A stretch of 64,000 nt of DNA from Phoronis australis (GCA_002633005.1 NMRA01000157.1:404988-468987), one strand, 5' to 3'. Counted from the first letter of the stretch, positions 39,600-53,231 are shown. The notes: generated by a model from the letters alone, not told the origin. Made by a program: numbers and translations.

Positions 39600-40230
39600 T
39601 TCGGCTTCTTTTGCAAATTTTTGGATGTGCCGAAGAAAGTTTCGGACCACAGCATAACGTGTGATAAAATGTCACGACAGTGTAGTTTCTACTAATTATT
39701 AGATGATCAACTTGCCAAACTTTGTGGTGGAAAACAAATTTTTAAAGAAAGATGTGGTTGCTTTCAAATATCCACGACAAAATCCCTGATATCGCACTGC
39801 TGCACTGGTCAGTCTAGTTGTTTAAGCGAGCAAGCCGCAGTCTCAGCAGACGACCGTGATTTGGATACGTGCATGTCATTTTTTTATCGCAAAAGAGAAC
39901 AAATGTGAAAATGACAACCCTATTAATCGCCAACCGACGGCCACGTCTTACTTTCAGCAAAGTAGTTATTGAGTCGCCAAGAAATTCTCAAACCCTTTAC
40001 TTGTTTCTGGGGCTACTTGTGCAACAGACGAGTCGTCAGTAGCATGTCCAACGTAAAGTGTAGGCCTACTCCAGCGATAAGTAAACTCACGCGTGCGCAC
40101 CAATCCAAAGCTACACACCAAAATAAAATTCAGGGACAGTCTTAAATGAAAGAGTATACCGGCTTGGCTCGCTCGGGTACCAATGATTTATTTGACAATC
40201 TGTGCCCATAGCCAGCTATTGCAAATAAAC
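39600..40230. repeat. Dispersed repeat family E
   Basis: Colinear with about 54030-54725 (CCGAAGAAAGTTTCGG ... AAATGAAAGAGTATACCGGCTTGGCTC). Confidence 0.8.
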
Positions 40231-40389
40231 AGGTAGACACGAAATTATGGTTAGCGAACTTTTTATTCTATTCTTCATGCACACCACCGCCATTATATCG
40301 CTTTCCGGAACACGCCGGAAAATAATTTTCATATTCAAAAAGAATCATGTTCTTGCTGAAGTGGGCAATTATAAACAAAATTATTGTGG

Positions 40390-41852
40390 GTGGTTCGATC
40401 CGCCTGAAAGTCGTCGCCCGTTATCTTCATATAAATTCACTTGCTAAATTTAATAAAGTTCCTGCAGAGGGTTTGGAGATACAGCTACCACTACGAGGCC
40501 CCACAGTAGTCATTCGCCATCATCAAACGTCCTCTTCACAATGAAAACATGTACGCCAATTTTCGAACCCATCCCTATAATGATTTGGTTGATAGAGGGG
40601 TGGACGCCGAAAACAAGATTTGAAGACAGCAAAAATGGCCACCAGGTGGCGCAAAATAACTAAATTCCAACCAAAACAGGAAGATAGCGTCATCTCATCA
40701 ATCGATATGTATATTCAAAATTTTATGAAAATCTGTTGAGGACCTTTGAAGATACAGACTGATAAACGTAAAAAACTAGAATTTCCACTAGGGGGCACGC
40801 CAGTAGTCAGATCCGTCTGAAAGTCGTCGTAGTCCGTTGTCAACATCATATAAATACTATTGCTAAATTAAGTAAAGATCCTGCAAACAGTTTAATAGAA
40901 ACAGGCATGAGCGCAAACAAACAAAATTGCCACGTCTTCAGCCGTCCACTTCATAGGAAAAACATACATGCAATTTTTCACAATATCCTGAAAACGGATT
41001 GGTTGATAGACAAGTGGATGGCAAAAAACAGACTCAAAAACAGTAAAAATGGCCACTAAGAGGCAAAAACAAGAGGTCAAATCCATCTGAAAATATGGAA
41101 AAATAGTGTTGCCTCATTAACAGATGCCAGTAAGGCAAATTTTATGAAAATACATTGAGGACCTTTAAACATACAGACGTAAACGTAAAAAAATTGCCAC
41201 TAGGTGGCACACCAGTAGTCAGATCTGTCTGAAAGTCATCGTCCTATGTTGTTAACATCATATAAATACACTTGCTAAATTTGGTAAAGATCCTGCAAAC
41301 GGTTTAGGAGATACAGCCATAGGCGAAAAAAATTCCACTAGGAGGCGCTACATTAATCGAAGTCGTCGGAAAATCATCGTCAGCCGTCCACCTCATAATA
41401 AGGACACACATGCCAATTTTCACAATCATCCTTTGAGCATGTTTGGTTAAGGAAAGGACGCAAAAAACAGACTTGAAAACAGTACAAATGGCCACTAGGT
41501 GGTGCAAACTACATTGAATCCATCTGAAAACGGGAGGATAGCGTCATCTCACTAATAGGTGCCTATATACCAAATTTTATGAAGATCTGTTCAGGACTTT
41601 TGAGATAGAGATAACTGCAAAAAAATAAAATTGCCACAAGGGGGCTCATCGGTAGTCCGATCTATCCAACAGTTCGCTCATGTCGTCCAGTCCACGGAAA
41701 GAACCCAGTCATGCAAAATTTCATGAGCATACGTCAAGGCATTTTGGAGATAGAGCAGTGGACGCCGGATGGATGGATGGATGGATGGATGGATGGATGG
41801 ATGGATGGATGGATGGATATGACATCCACATATAAATATGTGGACGCAAAAA
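40390..41852 (+). mobile_element. Helentron-associated (HINE/DINE-1-like) element with an internal tandem array
   Basis: ~145-bp CCACTAG-anchored subunits, then (GGAT)n, then the terminal palindrome TCCACATATAAATATGTGGA and an A run. Confidence 0.75.
41767..41818. repeat. (GGAT)n microsatellite
   Basis: About 13 perfect units. Confidence 0.98.
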
Positions 41853-43699
41853 AACCAAACCCCAGCTTTGTTTTATACCTCCAAAAGAAGTCAAGACTAG
41901 TGTCATGTGCGTCATTTTGTGACTGATCAATTTTTCGAGTATATTTAAGGTATTGAAGATCCAACTTGAATTACCCGATGGAAACCACACGGATTCGGGA
42001 ATTATTTCGAGGCTTTGCATTTCATGGAAAACTAATTGTTGAGTTAAGTTAAACAGGAAAAGTCCAGCATTTTTGTTGACACATTTGCACTGATTTGTAC
42101 CTGCGCATTCGCATACATCATTCGTATAGGGTAACGTTTCAAGGACTTTTTGCAACTCAATGTTTTTCAAACGTCGAGATAAGTTGCAAAGCTTGGGAGG
42201 GAGTTTGCACTAAAAGTTAGTTTGAAACTTTAAGGACCTTGATGACAATTATATAGCAGGCCAAACTTAGCAAAATCGTGGATATTTTTCAACGAACGTT
42301 TTCGCCCTTTTCACATTGTAAACTTAGCTACTCAAATGCAGTGTCGGTTAGAGACCACTGATTCAACTTTCACGTCAGCAACAGCCTTTGAATGTCGGTT
42401 ATGAAGAAAGTAATGCCGTACCTGCAGGTAAGAACTCAATTCTGCGACCTGAAATTTGAGAGCATATAACACCACAGGAAAGAGCATAATCTAAACATTA
42501 TCCCGATGATCTAAAAAAGCTGTTTTGGCGCGTAAAAATGGCGGGAACATTTTTCAACCTGGCAATTATGAATTCGAGCTGAAAATGCGACCTGGCGATT
42601 TTCATAGCGTCGAGCCCATTTTGGACACCCCATTTTCCAAATCCTGGATAAAGCCTTGGTTCACATACGCAAACTCAGAGGTGCAACGCAAACAGCTAGC
42701 TTCAAGAGGTACATACAAGACTCATGAAATAAAATTAAATACAGTTTGACCACTGATGGTTGGCACAGTAGGGACCCATAGGTAGAATTGATACAATCTC
42801 AAAACATATTGCCAAATCATTGAAGTCTCAATTCTAAAGAGATGTAAAAAAAACTTACCTATTAATGAAAAGGAGTGGATGTGTACCAAATTCACATCTT
42901 TTGTTATGCTCTGTCTGAGTCAAAATTAAAATGTTATCAGACAATGGTGAAAAAAGCCCGTTGCACTTGAACTCATCCATTAACCTTGCACATTAACACC
43001 ACGTTCTCATGCCGGTTTTCTAGATCGTGATCTGGAAATACTTATACCCAAAATGGTCAACATGAGGCCCTTTAGTGGGAAAAAAATGAATGGTACAAGC
43101 AGAGGCTTTGACAATGACATCCATCAATCTGTTCTTTAAATGTCATCCACAAAAGATCTTTCATAAAATGGCCACTATGAGGTGATGCAGAGGCTGAATC
43201 CTTCGGAAATCAAATGGTGCCAGTGGATTGACATGCACAAATCTCTGTTTTTCGTTTCATTGAAATCCGTCAATTGGTTCTTTAGATATCGTCTTAATTT
43301 GTTCTTTACCAACAGCTTAAAAACCTCTTTTTGAGAACACAATGGTCACTAGGTACTGCAGAGGTCGAATCCGCCCAAAATTAACAAGAGCAACGCAGAA
43401 CGTTGAAATGCGCCCACAATTGCACCGCATACGGTATCCTTCTAGGGTTGTTTATTGGTACCATAAAGTGGCCAGTAGAGGGCATATATGTAGTGTGTTG
43501 TACTTTGCAAAATGGAAAGGCATGGTCATTGTCTCCTCAACAGGCTAGGGGCAAAATGTGAGTGATGTTCATAATACAAGCACATCCTATACATCAGTTG
43601 CATAAAGCACCACAGAAATATAGAATTAAAAACAAATTTACCAACATACGAGGTTAGCACAGCATTAGAATGCCAGAAACAAATTTCTACTTGGAACTT

Positions 43700-44740
43700 T
43701 TCCTTCATAGTCACGAAGTAACACAAAGTATACACCTGAAGACCTATGAAAATACAGAGGTCAATGTAAAATACTAAAATTGTCACTAGAGGAATACAGG
43801 TAGTCAGAATCATCCTAAAGTCGTCATCGTCCGTTGTCAACATCACATAAATACACTTGCTAAATTTAGTAAAGATCCTACAAACGGTTTGGGAGATACA
43901 GCCATGGGCGCAAAAAAAAACTGCCACTAGGAGGTGCCACAATAATCAAAGTCATGGGAAATTCTGCTTCAACAGTCCTCTTCATAGTAAGAACAAACAT
44001 GCCAATTTTCACAATCTTATAGCGGTTTGGTTGATAGAGGGGTGGATGCCAAAAAACAGACTCAAAAACAGTAAAAATGGCCACTGGATGTCGCAAACTA
44101 GGTCGAATCCATCCGAAAACGGGAGGATAGCATCATCGCACTAATAGGTGTCTACATACCAAATTTCATGAAAATCCGTTAAGGACTTGTAAAGATACAG
44201 AGGTAAACGTAAAAAAATAAAATTGCCACTAGGGGACACACTGGTAGGCGGATCCGTCCAAAAGTCATCATCGTCTATTCTAACATAATATAATTACACT
44301 TATTAAATTTCGTAAAGATCCTGCGAATGGTTTAGGAGATACAGCCATAGGCGCAAAAAAACAAAACTGCCACTAGGAGGCGCCACAGTAATCCAAATCG
44401 TCTGAAAATCATCGTCAACCGTCCTCTACATAGTAAGCATATACAAGCCAATTTTCNCCTACATACCAAATTTCATGAAAATCCGTTCAGGACTTTTGAA
44501 GATACAAAGGTAAGCGTAAAAAACTAAAATTGCCACTAGGGGGCACACCGGTAGTCGGATCCGTCCGAAAGTTCGCACATGCCGTCCCATTCATGAATGG
44601 AACATATGTGTCAAATTTCATGAACGTATGTCAAAGGGTTTTGGAGATAAAGCAGCGGACGCCGGACGAATGCCGCCCGGACGGACGGACGGAGATGACG
44701 GCATAATACGTCCACATATAAATATGTGGGCGCATAAAAA
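43700..44740 (+). mobile_element. Second HINE-like element of the same family
   Basis: Same subunits, (GGAC)n, then CGTCCACATATAAATATGTGGGCG-CATAAAAA; contains a single-n join near 44457. Confidence 0.75.
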
Positions 44741-44779
44741 TCAGTTTATCGGTTTATTGTCCAGAAATGCTATTCCCAG

Positions 44780-45560
44780 AACTTTGGCCACTAGAATGCA
44801 CTGCAGTGGTTGAATTATTGAAATCCATCCATTGGTTCTCTAGATATCCAGAAGCAGTCTTACCCAAAATGGCTACTAGATGCTGCGGTGATCAAATCCT
44901 CCTGAAAATCAATTAGTGCTGGCACATTGACATCTTATACCTCTACAGCACTCGAAAATAGGAGTAGAAGCTCAGCCACACTCGAGAGGGCACCAAGCCC
45001 ACATCCAGCACTTCATTCGGTACGCCACTTCTTATGAGCTCAAATCCAGAAATATACGATATAAATCTGCCATCTCTTATTTTCCATTGGACATTTTCAC
45101 ATATGTCAAGAGTTGCCTTAGGTAAAGTTTCATTGAAATCCATCAACCGAATCTCTAGATATCATTCACAACATTTGAAAAACCCTGAGCATAACATGGC
45201 CACTAGGAGGTACTACAGTGGTCAAATACACCCCAAAGATGCCAGCACATCGACATACTCTTAACCAAAATGGCCACAGGAGACGCTGTAATGGTCGAAT
45301 CTGCCTAAAAATCAAATAGCGACTCAGCATCAACATCGTTTACTTCTGTATTGAGTTTCAATGGTTCTCTAGATATCCAGAAATATTCCTCACCCAAATA
45401 ACACTTGAAAAGCCCCTTGTCGAGAACAAAAATGGCCACCAGGAAGTCTGCACTTCATTGATGTCATATACCTCAGTGTCAACTTTCACTGAAATTCAAC
45501 CATCAGTTCTCTAGATAATGCACACTTATTAATGTCCTTCCCCAAAAAAACACTGAAAAA
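44780..45560 (+). repeat. Older diverged tandem-like array (AAAATGGCCACTAG-anchored); related sequence at 43160-43480
   Basis: Recurrent ATGGCCACTAG..TGCAG, TTGAAATCC and TTCTCTAGATATC motifs. Confidence 0.6.
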
Positions 45561-47176
45561 GACACACTCCCAAATCCATGGATGAGGCAAAATGTAAAAT
45601 AGCTTGCACCGTACTAAGTGATGATGCAAAGCCTTGCACCAAATTTCATCAAAATCTGACAAGGCGTTTTAGAAACAGAGAGGACACCTGTAGAATGACA
45701 AAATGTGATCACACGTATATGGGCGCATGGTTTTTAGCGGAGTTCGTGCCCATGATGGGCCTAACACCCCCCCTAATTTCGAGTTTTCCAATCCAAGCAC
45801 TGTGGACCGTTATGATGAACGCACTATCTGTTTTTCGACTACCTACATTAAAAGTCTCAAAATTTCAAGACACTATGTATAAGACAAGGCTACTCAAAAG
45901 AATGTACTGCAGTGGTGAACAGGCATTCATGCAGCGTACTTCCTGGGCATCCATTTGGACGCCCTAGCACTAATCTAGATGCCCTAGCAAGGACACCCAA
46001 TGTATCATTTGGACGCCCTGTCAATCAGAATTTCTCCTTTGGACACCCACATTGTAAGATTACTAGGGCACCCTAGTTAATGATAGAGAGAAGAGGGGCC
46101 TTTCAACTCAGAAATGAATATACAATGTAAAAAAAAATGTAAACTATTTTCAAATTACTTAGTAGACCTGTCAATCATAAGCATGTGTTTGGTTGCCAGT
46201 GTCTCTGCCATAGACAATATTAGCATCATCTGTGCATTTTTCTTATGTTGGTAACTGCAGCTTTGATGACTCATTGTACATAATATAAAGCTAGTTAAGA
46301 TGATATGATAAACTTTATAACAGCATTTTGCACTCATCATTCAACCAAAATCTGTAATCTGTAATACCTGGTTGGTTGGCTATTTGGCTGTTTTCGTAAA
46401 TTTAGACATAAAAATCTTGATCCACAGTTTGATTAGTAAAAAGATCACTACAAGAGAGCTGTTTTTGTAAACTTACATGTAAAAGCCTTGTTCAACGCAT
46501 TATTTGTAAAAACCTCTCGGTGTGGGGGGGGGTTACTGGTGAATGGTGGTGGGGAGTGGGGGTCATGCGTAGTTGGAATCATGGACGACCTGGAATATTA
46601 GGAATCCCATTTTGGACACCCTATTTTTGAAATCCAGGATAAAGCCCTGGTCGTGAACAGCAAATTCTTGACAAAGATGACGAGTTTAAGAGCTGCACTA
46701 TACTAACTTCACTTTTGGTGAACAAGTAAACCCGCTGCAAACCATAACGATTTACAGCGCAATTGTAGTACTTGTGTTCTGCAATATCGTACCAAGTTTC
46801 AGCTCTGTATGTTGAAAAATGCGGCATCTATGAGCATTTGAATCTGAAACCGTAAACAGAATGGCCGCTACGTCCGCATTTTCGAATCCAATCATGACCA
46901 AAAACAATTAGGGTTCCAGGACTTCCAGATCTACACGTTGTGTGCAAATTCTGTGCAAGTTGGACGAAAATTGTGACCTGTAGAATGCGAAAAAAAACAA
47001 AACAACCACACTTGATGGCAGAACAACATACATGTTGAAGTCCGCCTAGTAAAGATAGAGGTATTCAAAAGTTAAGTCCAACTCATATGCAAATAGTTGA
47101 AAGCCCAGCAAAATAAAAAGTGGTATTTTTTATGTACATCTAATGGCTTGAAAATGAACAAACCGATTAGGCTAAC

Positions 47177-49468
47177 TGTTTATAGCTAGTGTAGTTTACA
47201 GATACACCGCCAGGTGTCCTTGCAGTTTAGTTCTCCATATGATCAGTGTCGATGTAAGAGTGTTCAGTTTTGTGTTCGTAATTAAACCAGTTGGCAAATG
47301 ATCGGCGTCTCTTTACTCAACTCATTAACATGGTGGCAGCATGAGGATCAACTCGGGGAACTTAGTGAAATGCCGATCAAAGTAAGTGCTGCTGAACTTT
47401 GTGAATTTGACTTGTTAATCGGTGACCTCGTGTATCGTGCTATTCAAAATTGCGGAGAGCAGTTTTAGGCTACCGCCAACGATCAGTCTGTCTGAAGTGC
47501 AAATTCAGCAGACAATTTCAAAAAAAGTGGAAACAACAGTTACAAATATATATGCTTGCTAGCGGTGCCACGACAAAACCGAAGTCTGTTCAAGCTGCAA
47601 TTGTGCTCCATTGTGCCAGACCTGAGGTCATTGAAGCGAACGAACATTTCAAATACGCCGTAGATGCTCACAAAGAGGACCCGGTGAAGGTACTAGAACA
47701 GCTGGAACTTTGCTGCGCTCCTAAACAAAACACTGTCATGAAAAACGTTTCGTTTTTGGCAAATCAAATATTAGGAACCATTTGACAAATTTCTGACTGA
47801 AATCCACCCACGGGCAGAATAGTGCGATTTCAGAGATAGCAGCGACAGAATGATCAGAGACAAAATAGTTCTATCCATACCGACCAAGTTACAAGAAAAA
47901 TTGCTCAGAGAAAACAAGTTAACATTGGACCAATGTATTGACTTATGTCGGGCTTTTGATATATCCATTCAGGATGTGGAAAAGATGAGAGTGAAAACAG
48001 ATCAAATTCAGAAAATCACCACTTCTACACCTAAACCACTGGCATGCGCTACTGACTCTTGATGTAATCCAAGGATGGCCCAAAACCAATAAAGGTCTTT
48101 TGCAAGCATTAAAACCGTACTTCTGCTTACGGGACACGTTAAGTCATGAGAATGGCATTATCCTCAAAGGAAAACGTATTTTTATACCGAAAGCTTTGCA
48201 TCAATAAATGAAGGATCGTCTACATGCTGCACACTTAGGCTACGACAGCATGCTAAGAAGGGCCCGGAACACTATTTTCTGGCTGGATATGCCCTGTGAG
48301 ATCAAACAGAGCTGTGGATGCTTGAGAAACGTGCCTGACCATGAAAGCCTCAAACCCAAAGGAGATATTGAGACAATCATACAATGGAAATTGTGTACCA
48401 TGGGAAACCATCGGTATAGACTTATTCGACATTATCTTGTTGTTGTCGACTATTCGTCAAACTTCATTGAGGTCGATCTGCTTACATCCTTGACATCTAA
48501 GTTTGTCATAAACGCACGATACGGTGTACCAATACGCATTATGTCTGACCCCGATACATAGTTCACAGCTGATGAATTTCGTCAGTTTGCTACGACCTGG
48601 GAATACACCATGAAATGTCGTTCCCTGGACAGCAACAAGCTAGCGGGAAGGTGAAATCCAGAGTTAAAATCATTAAAACACTCATAAAGAAATGTGTCCA
48701 GGATAGTTCTGACCAATACCTTGCGTTATTGGAACTGCATAATACACCGCGGCAAGAAACCAACCAAAGTCCGGCAGAAATGATGTTCGGTCGACAAACC
48801 AGGTCGATTATTCCATCATTGGGAGTTATGCATGGTGATGGCAAACCCATTGTCGATGTGGGAAAGCAAAGAAAATACCACGACCCTATTAAACGTTCAT
48901 ATAATAAGCATGCCAAGGATTTAAGTGTTCTTGGTTCAGGTGAATCAGTGCGATTTCAGCACCCCAACAGTAAGTATTGGGACAGCGGATTAGTTTCCGA
49001 ACAACTGAAGGATCGCTCGTACCGTATTCGTAGCCAGCTTAGAGCCGATTATGTCCAAAACCGTCGTCGCATCCGATTGGACATTGAGTAAACTCCTACA
49101 GAGCATTTCGAGTGACCGATCGATCTAGGAATTGCTGAAACCCATCCAAGTGAAAACTAGACTACTACGGATGACACCAGTACTCACACCCAACCCTCTA
49201 GACAACAAAAACCACTTCACTTTAAGGACTATGTTAGATATTGAATTTGTTATAAGATTTTCTCGTTTTATGAAAACTGACATTATATGAGTTTTCTTCC
49301 TTTAGCAAAAGGGATGCGTATAGCTAGTATAGTTTATAGATACACCGCCAGGTGTCCTTGCAGTTTTGTTCTCTATATGATCAGTGTTGATGTAAGAGTG
49401 TTCAGTTTTGTGTTCGTAATTGAACTAGTTAGCAAATGATCGGCCTCTCTTTACTCAACTCGTTAACA
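47177..49468 (+). mobile_element. Internally deleted Gypsy element 2 with both LTRs
   Basis: 154-bp LTRs at 47177-47330 and 49315-49468, PBS TGGTGGCAGC, PPT AGCAAAAGGGA, TSD CTAAC/CTGAC. Gag (MIRDKIV, LTLDQCIDLCR) is joined to integrase remnants. Confidence 0.92.
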
Positions 49469-50309
49469 CTGACTAACATCACACCTGAAACTTTCATATC
49501 TGAGCCATTGTTTTACACCAATAAATCATCAAAATTCGATGTAAAACCCTTGCCAATACATCGAGTTCATGAACAAAAGTGTTGTTTTATTTTGCTGTTA
49601 CAGATTTATAGATATTTGAAAGTATCGTAGCCCACAATAAAGTTTGGTAGTCGATCGCGGAAATTTGGGGTCTGTTGGGTGATTAAGTCGAATATTCTTA
49701 TTCTTACGTGAAATACAGGCAAGAGAACACAGCTGTGTGTTGTAATTTTGGATTTTTTCAGTTCTAAACACACAAAACGCTCGTTATCCCGGCCAATGGT
49801 TCGGAACCCACATCAGGCCTGTCGCGGCTGGACTGAAGACACCACGAACATGAAATAGCCAAAGTTGGAAACTAAATTTCTAATCACGAAAAGACTACAC
49901 TAGTGAGCTAAAGAAATAACGTGCACGTGATTGTTTTGGTGAATCATCCGCGAAACTGCGAATCTACTTACTCGTGGGGGCCAAGAAGTCAGGTTCCCCT
50001 TCAACAGAACCGTCGATCGACAGATAGATATTCCCCTAATATCTGACCGAGTTATTGTTTCACCACAGCTTTCTGTCAGCAAACACTGAATTAGCATGCA
50101 AACACACGGCCTTGGTGGTGCCAGATCAATTAGCTTTATTGAATCTATTAAAAGCCGGTAACGCAGTCATCTATTCATCGCCAGCTTCTCAAAACATTGG
50201 TTAGGGTGAGAATAAATCATTTTGTGACAAATGTCAACATAGCAACTTGCAATTCCGATTTAGATAAGTTCTCATCCAACGAAAACTTCACAGGTCGATA
50301 GTTAGGTTT

Positions 50310-50500
50310 CACAGGCTATCAGTTCAAACTGGAATACACTGAGCTAGAAATAGTAGAGGCACCATGAATGTACACAGACAATGGAACATATGGGTAGTTA
50401 CGAAAACCGTTTGAATGACTTGTCACGGTGTCAGTGCGCTAACTGCACAATAATGTTAATGACTGACGCTTGCATTTGCTGCCACGAAATTCCCCAAAAC
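50310..50500 (+). pseudogene. KolX remnant retaining the cysteine cluster
   Basis: GYQFKLEY, then ENRLNDLSRCQCANCTIMLMTDACICCHEIPQ. Confidence 0.75.
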
Positions 50501-50553
50501 GCCTACTTGTTGGCGAAATGCCGACCTCAGAAACAGAACGGAGATGTCTCACA

Positions 50554-52531
50554 CAGGCATATACTTAGGTTTCTAAATCCCGCTCGCCGGCTGGCCAAGT
50601 GAGCCAGAAAATCTACTCGCCAAGTCCAAAGTTCAGTCGCCCGGCCGTTTTGCGTCGGTCACCACAAACTTGCAGCCAACATCAGTAAAAATGATCATTT
50701 CGTGCGTTGATGTCACCATCTATTGGGGCGAGTGTCATTTTTAGAAAATGCTGAATTCCTACTAAGAAACTTTCGCCGTCGATGGATTCCCAGCAACGCA
50801 ACACGTAGCCCTGCTATGCGCCGATGTGAGACAAACACTGACCAGATAAAACCTGACACAAAATTAGTATCATTAAAAACTACACTCTTCCTTGGGTACA
50901 CAAAATTATTTACCGTTGTTGGAATAATTGGTGTTCTCACCATTATTTTGGAGCTTAACGCCATGAAATATTGCATCACCCATTAGCCAGTTTCTCCCAA
51001 GAGATGCTGTAAAACCTTAGGAAATGGTGCATGCGCGTGTCAGGAGCGTACTGTTTTCAAAACAATGACATATCTTTCCTTGTTATAAAAGGCGGGGAAT
51101 GACCCAAAAAATGACGTTTATTACATTGTTCTTCAATTAAACAGCTGTAACGGGTAAGGTGAGTGGCAGTTAACACCTAGATTTTGCATGCACCCAGGCT
51201 GGTTTTTAGCTCTACATGTTCATACTCGTTTCATGGAGAGGTGACGAGCAGAACTACCTGGGTTGTGGGCAATTTCACAGACTGTCGGAGCCCAACACAG
51301 TGGTACCTAACTGTATTTTGACAATAGTCTTCCTACATCTAGCTCAGGCTGGCTATGCAGACGATGCGTCATCCAACACAGTAACTAAGTTTTTGTTGCA
51401 CGCCCAATGCTGTAGTGGGGCGATGGCGCACGTAATCACAGCCAACCACCTTTTGGCATTTGAACGTAGTGCCTACACACCATAAGCTACGGTCAGTGCT
51501 CATCAAAGTGATACAGTGGGTTTTGCGTGCCTACTTACCTCAAATTTTACCACTACAGCACTGTGCACACCATCTTCTGCGTCTTGAAGTCAGGCCCGCC
51601 CTTTCTGCCAATCAGATTCAAAATCTCACCTTCACTTCTTTTCCTTATATTTACTTTTTTCGCCGCAGTTTGCTTAGAAGGACCGACTTCCCCAAAAAAC
51701 TCCATTATGTTACACTTGACAAATGAAAATGAGAACATCCAAGACGATAGCACGTGCACAAGTCAATGTGCATATTGCGATTCTGACTTGTGTGTGGACT
51801 AGAACAGTTTTCAAGCGATGGGAATAATATTCATTGTCTTGCCAGTGTCCAAACCAAGAAATGCTGTGCTGTTGGACTACTGCTAAATCATATGGCTGGA
51901 CCAAAATACCGAAAAAAAACTTTGTGCTTGGATATCTCATGGCCGCACCAAATACACTCTATACATAAATGATCCATCTAGCTAAAAATTCAGATATTTT
52001 ATTTTGCTAATAAAGATAACAAGGACAAGCACTTTAATTTTTGTGCTTTCAGTGTTATTATTTAACAAATAATCTTTGCTCAAGTTACACTGTACAATAA
52101 GAAGTCAGTCCCAAGAAATATGGTATTTCACTTGCTGTGAGCACATGGACCAGTCTGACGCCTTCCCCTTTTCCTTCATTTGGGACTAGTCCAACTTTGT
52201 GCAGCTGGGACCCACCATGCATCGCACTCACTGTGACCTTTTGTCTAGACGAATCGCATAACGGTTAACATCTACTGACAAGGTAAGAGCACAATGCGCC
52301 AATGTTTTTAACTGCCGGAGCATCGACATGCGGACCAAACTTATACTTAAATTCATGATAAAAACAGCACAGGGAGAAGAAAATTTATTCATTTTCATGT
52401 GGGAAACGATAGAGTGCTTTTGCACTCTGAAAATTCGCTCGCCACCTGGGCGACTGGCAAGTGAACTTCTACTCACCCAGCACCATTTTTACTCGCATAT
52501 GGGACTGGGCGAGTGGCTAAGTATATCCCTG
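50554..52531. mobile_element. CAG-ended TIR element (family F); partial reverse copy at about 63120-63270
   Basis: CAGGCATATACTTAG ... CTAAGTATATCCCTG; Kolobok sequence resumes in register on both sides. Confidence 0.75.
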
Positions 52532-52877
52532 CCACGGCCTCATACTTGGTATTAGCGGCGTACTTTTCATTCTTCACTGCCGCGAGCCACTTCTGAAGCA
52601 TTTTGGGCTCTCAAAGAAATCGAAAGAACGACATACCCGCTTTCCTTGCAGCTTCATAGTTCGCACAACCGGGAACGATACACCACACCATAGCGACACT
52701 CACTCTGCAGAACAACCACTGACGTTGCTGCGTTGTTTACTCACCTTCCTCACAGGTTAACGCGACACCTCTTGGCGAGGTAAGATCAACCGTATACGAG
52801 GTGATGTGAATATAGACAGATTAAAACGGTAAAAAGATTAATTAAATCGGGTGGCATTCATTCTCCTTTAAACTTAC

Positions 52878-53167
52878 CTGTATGGTGAAACATGTCGATA
52901 TTCATTGTCAGCACATTTCTGTAATTTAAGTTCATTCAACAGCTGACACAGGTTTGAACAAGATAGCAGTTCTGTCAACAAAGATTCTCTCTTGCATTCG
53001 TGGATTAATTTGTAAAGCTGTCTTGGTTGTTTAACTTCACTTAAACTCTTTCCAGGGAAAATGTCAGCACACAAAAAAACCATTTTTTTCAAATCATCGT
53101 CCAAAATGTGCTCCTGCAATGTCCACTCAATTGGGTCTGCTTCTTCATAAATGGGCCTGAATGCCAT
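52878..53167 (-). CDS. First coding exon of a tandem-DED gene (caspase-8/-10/c-FLIP-like prodomain): DED1
   Basis: Acceptor tttcAG|G at 53171, ATG at 53167, donor AG|GTAAGT at 52878. Translation MAFRPIYEEADPIEWTLQEHILDDDLKKMVFLCADIFPGKSLSEVK...LLTELL...HVSPYR matches the DED pattern (L..L.FLC.D) and the 'SxYR' DED1/DED2 junction of caspase-8-family prodomains. Confidence 0.85.
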
Positions 53168-53231
53168 ATTCCTGAAATAGTATGAAAAGCTTTTACTAAA
53201 GACGTGAAAAAATATCCCCAATCTAAAACAA

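Larger units (their letters stand above)
49515..52867 (-). mobile_element. Kolobok family A, copy 4 (reverse, older)
   Basis: Ends GGTGGCATTCATTCTCCT|TTAA; reverse-complement match to family A; interrupted at 50554-52531. Confidence 0.8.
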
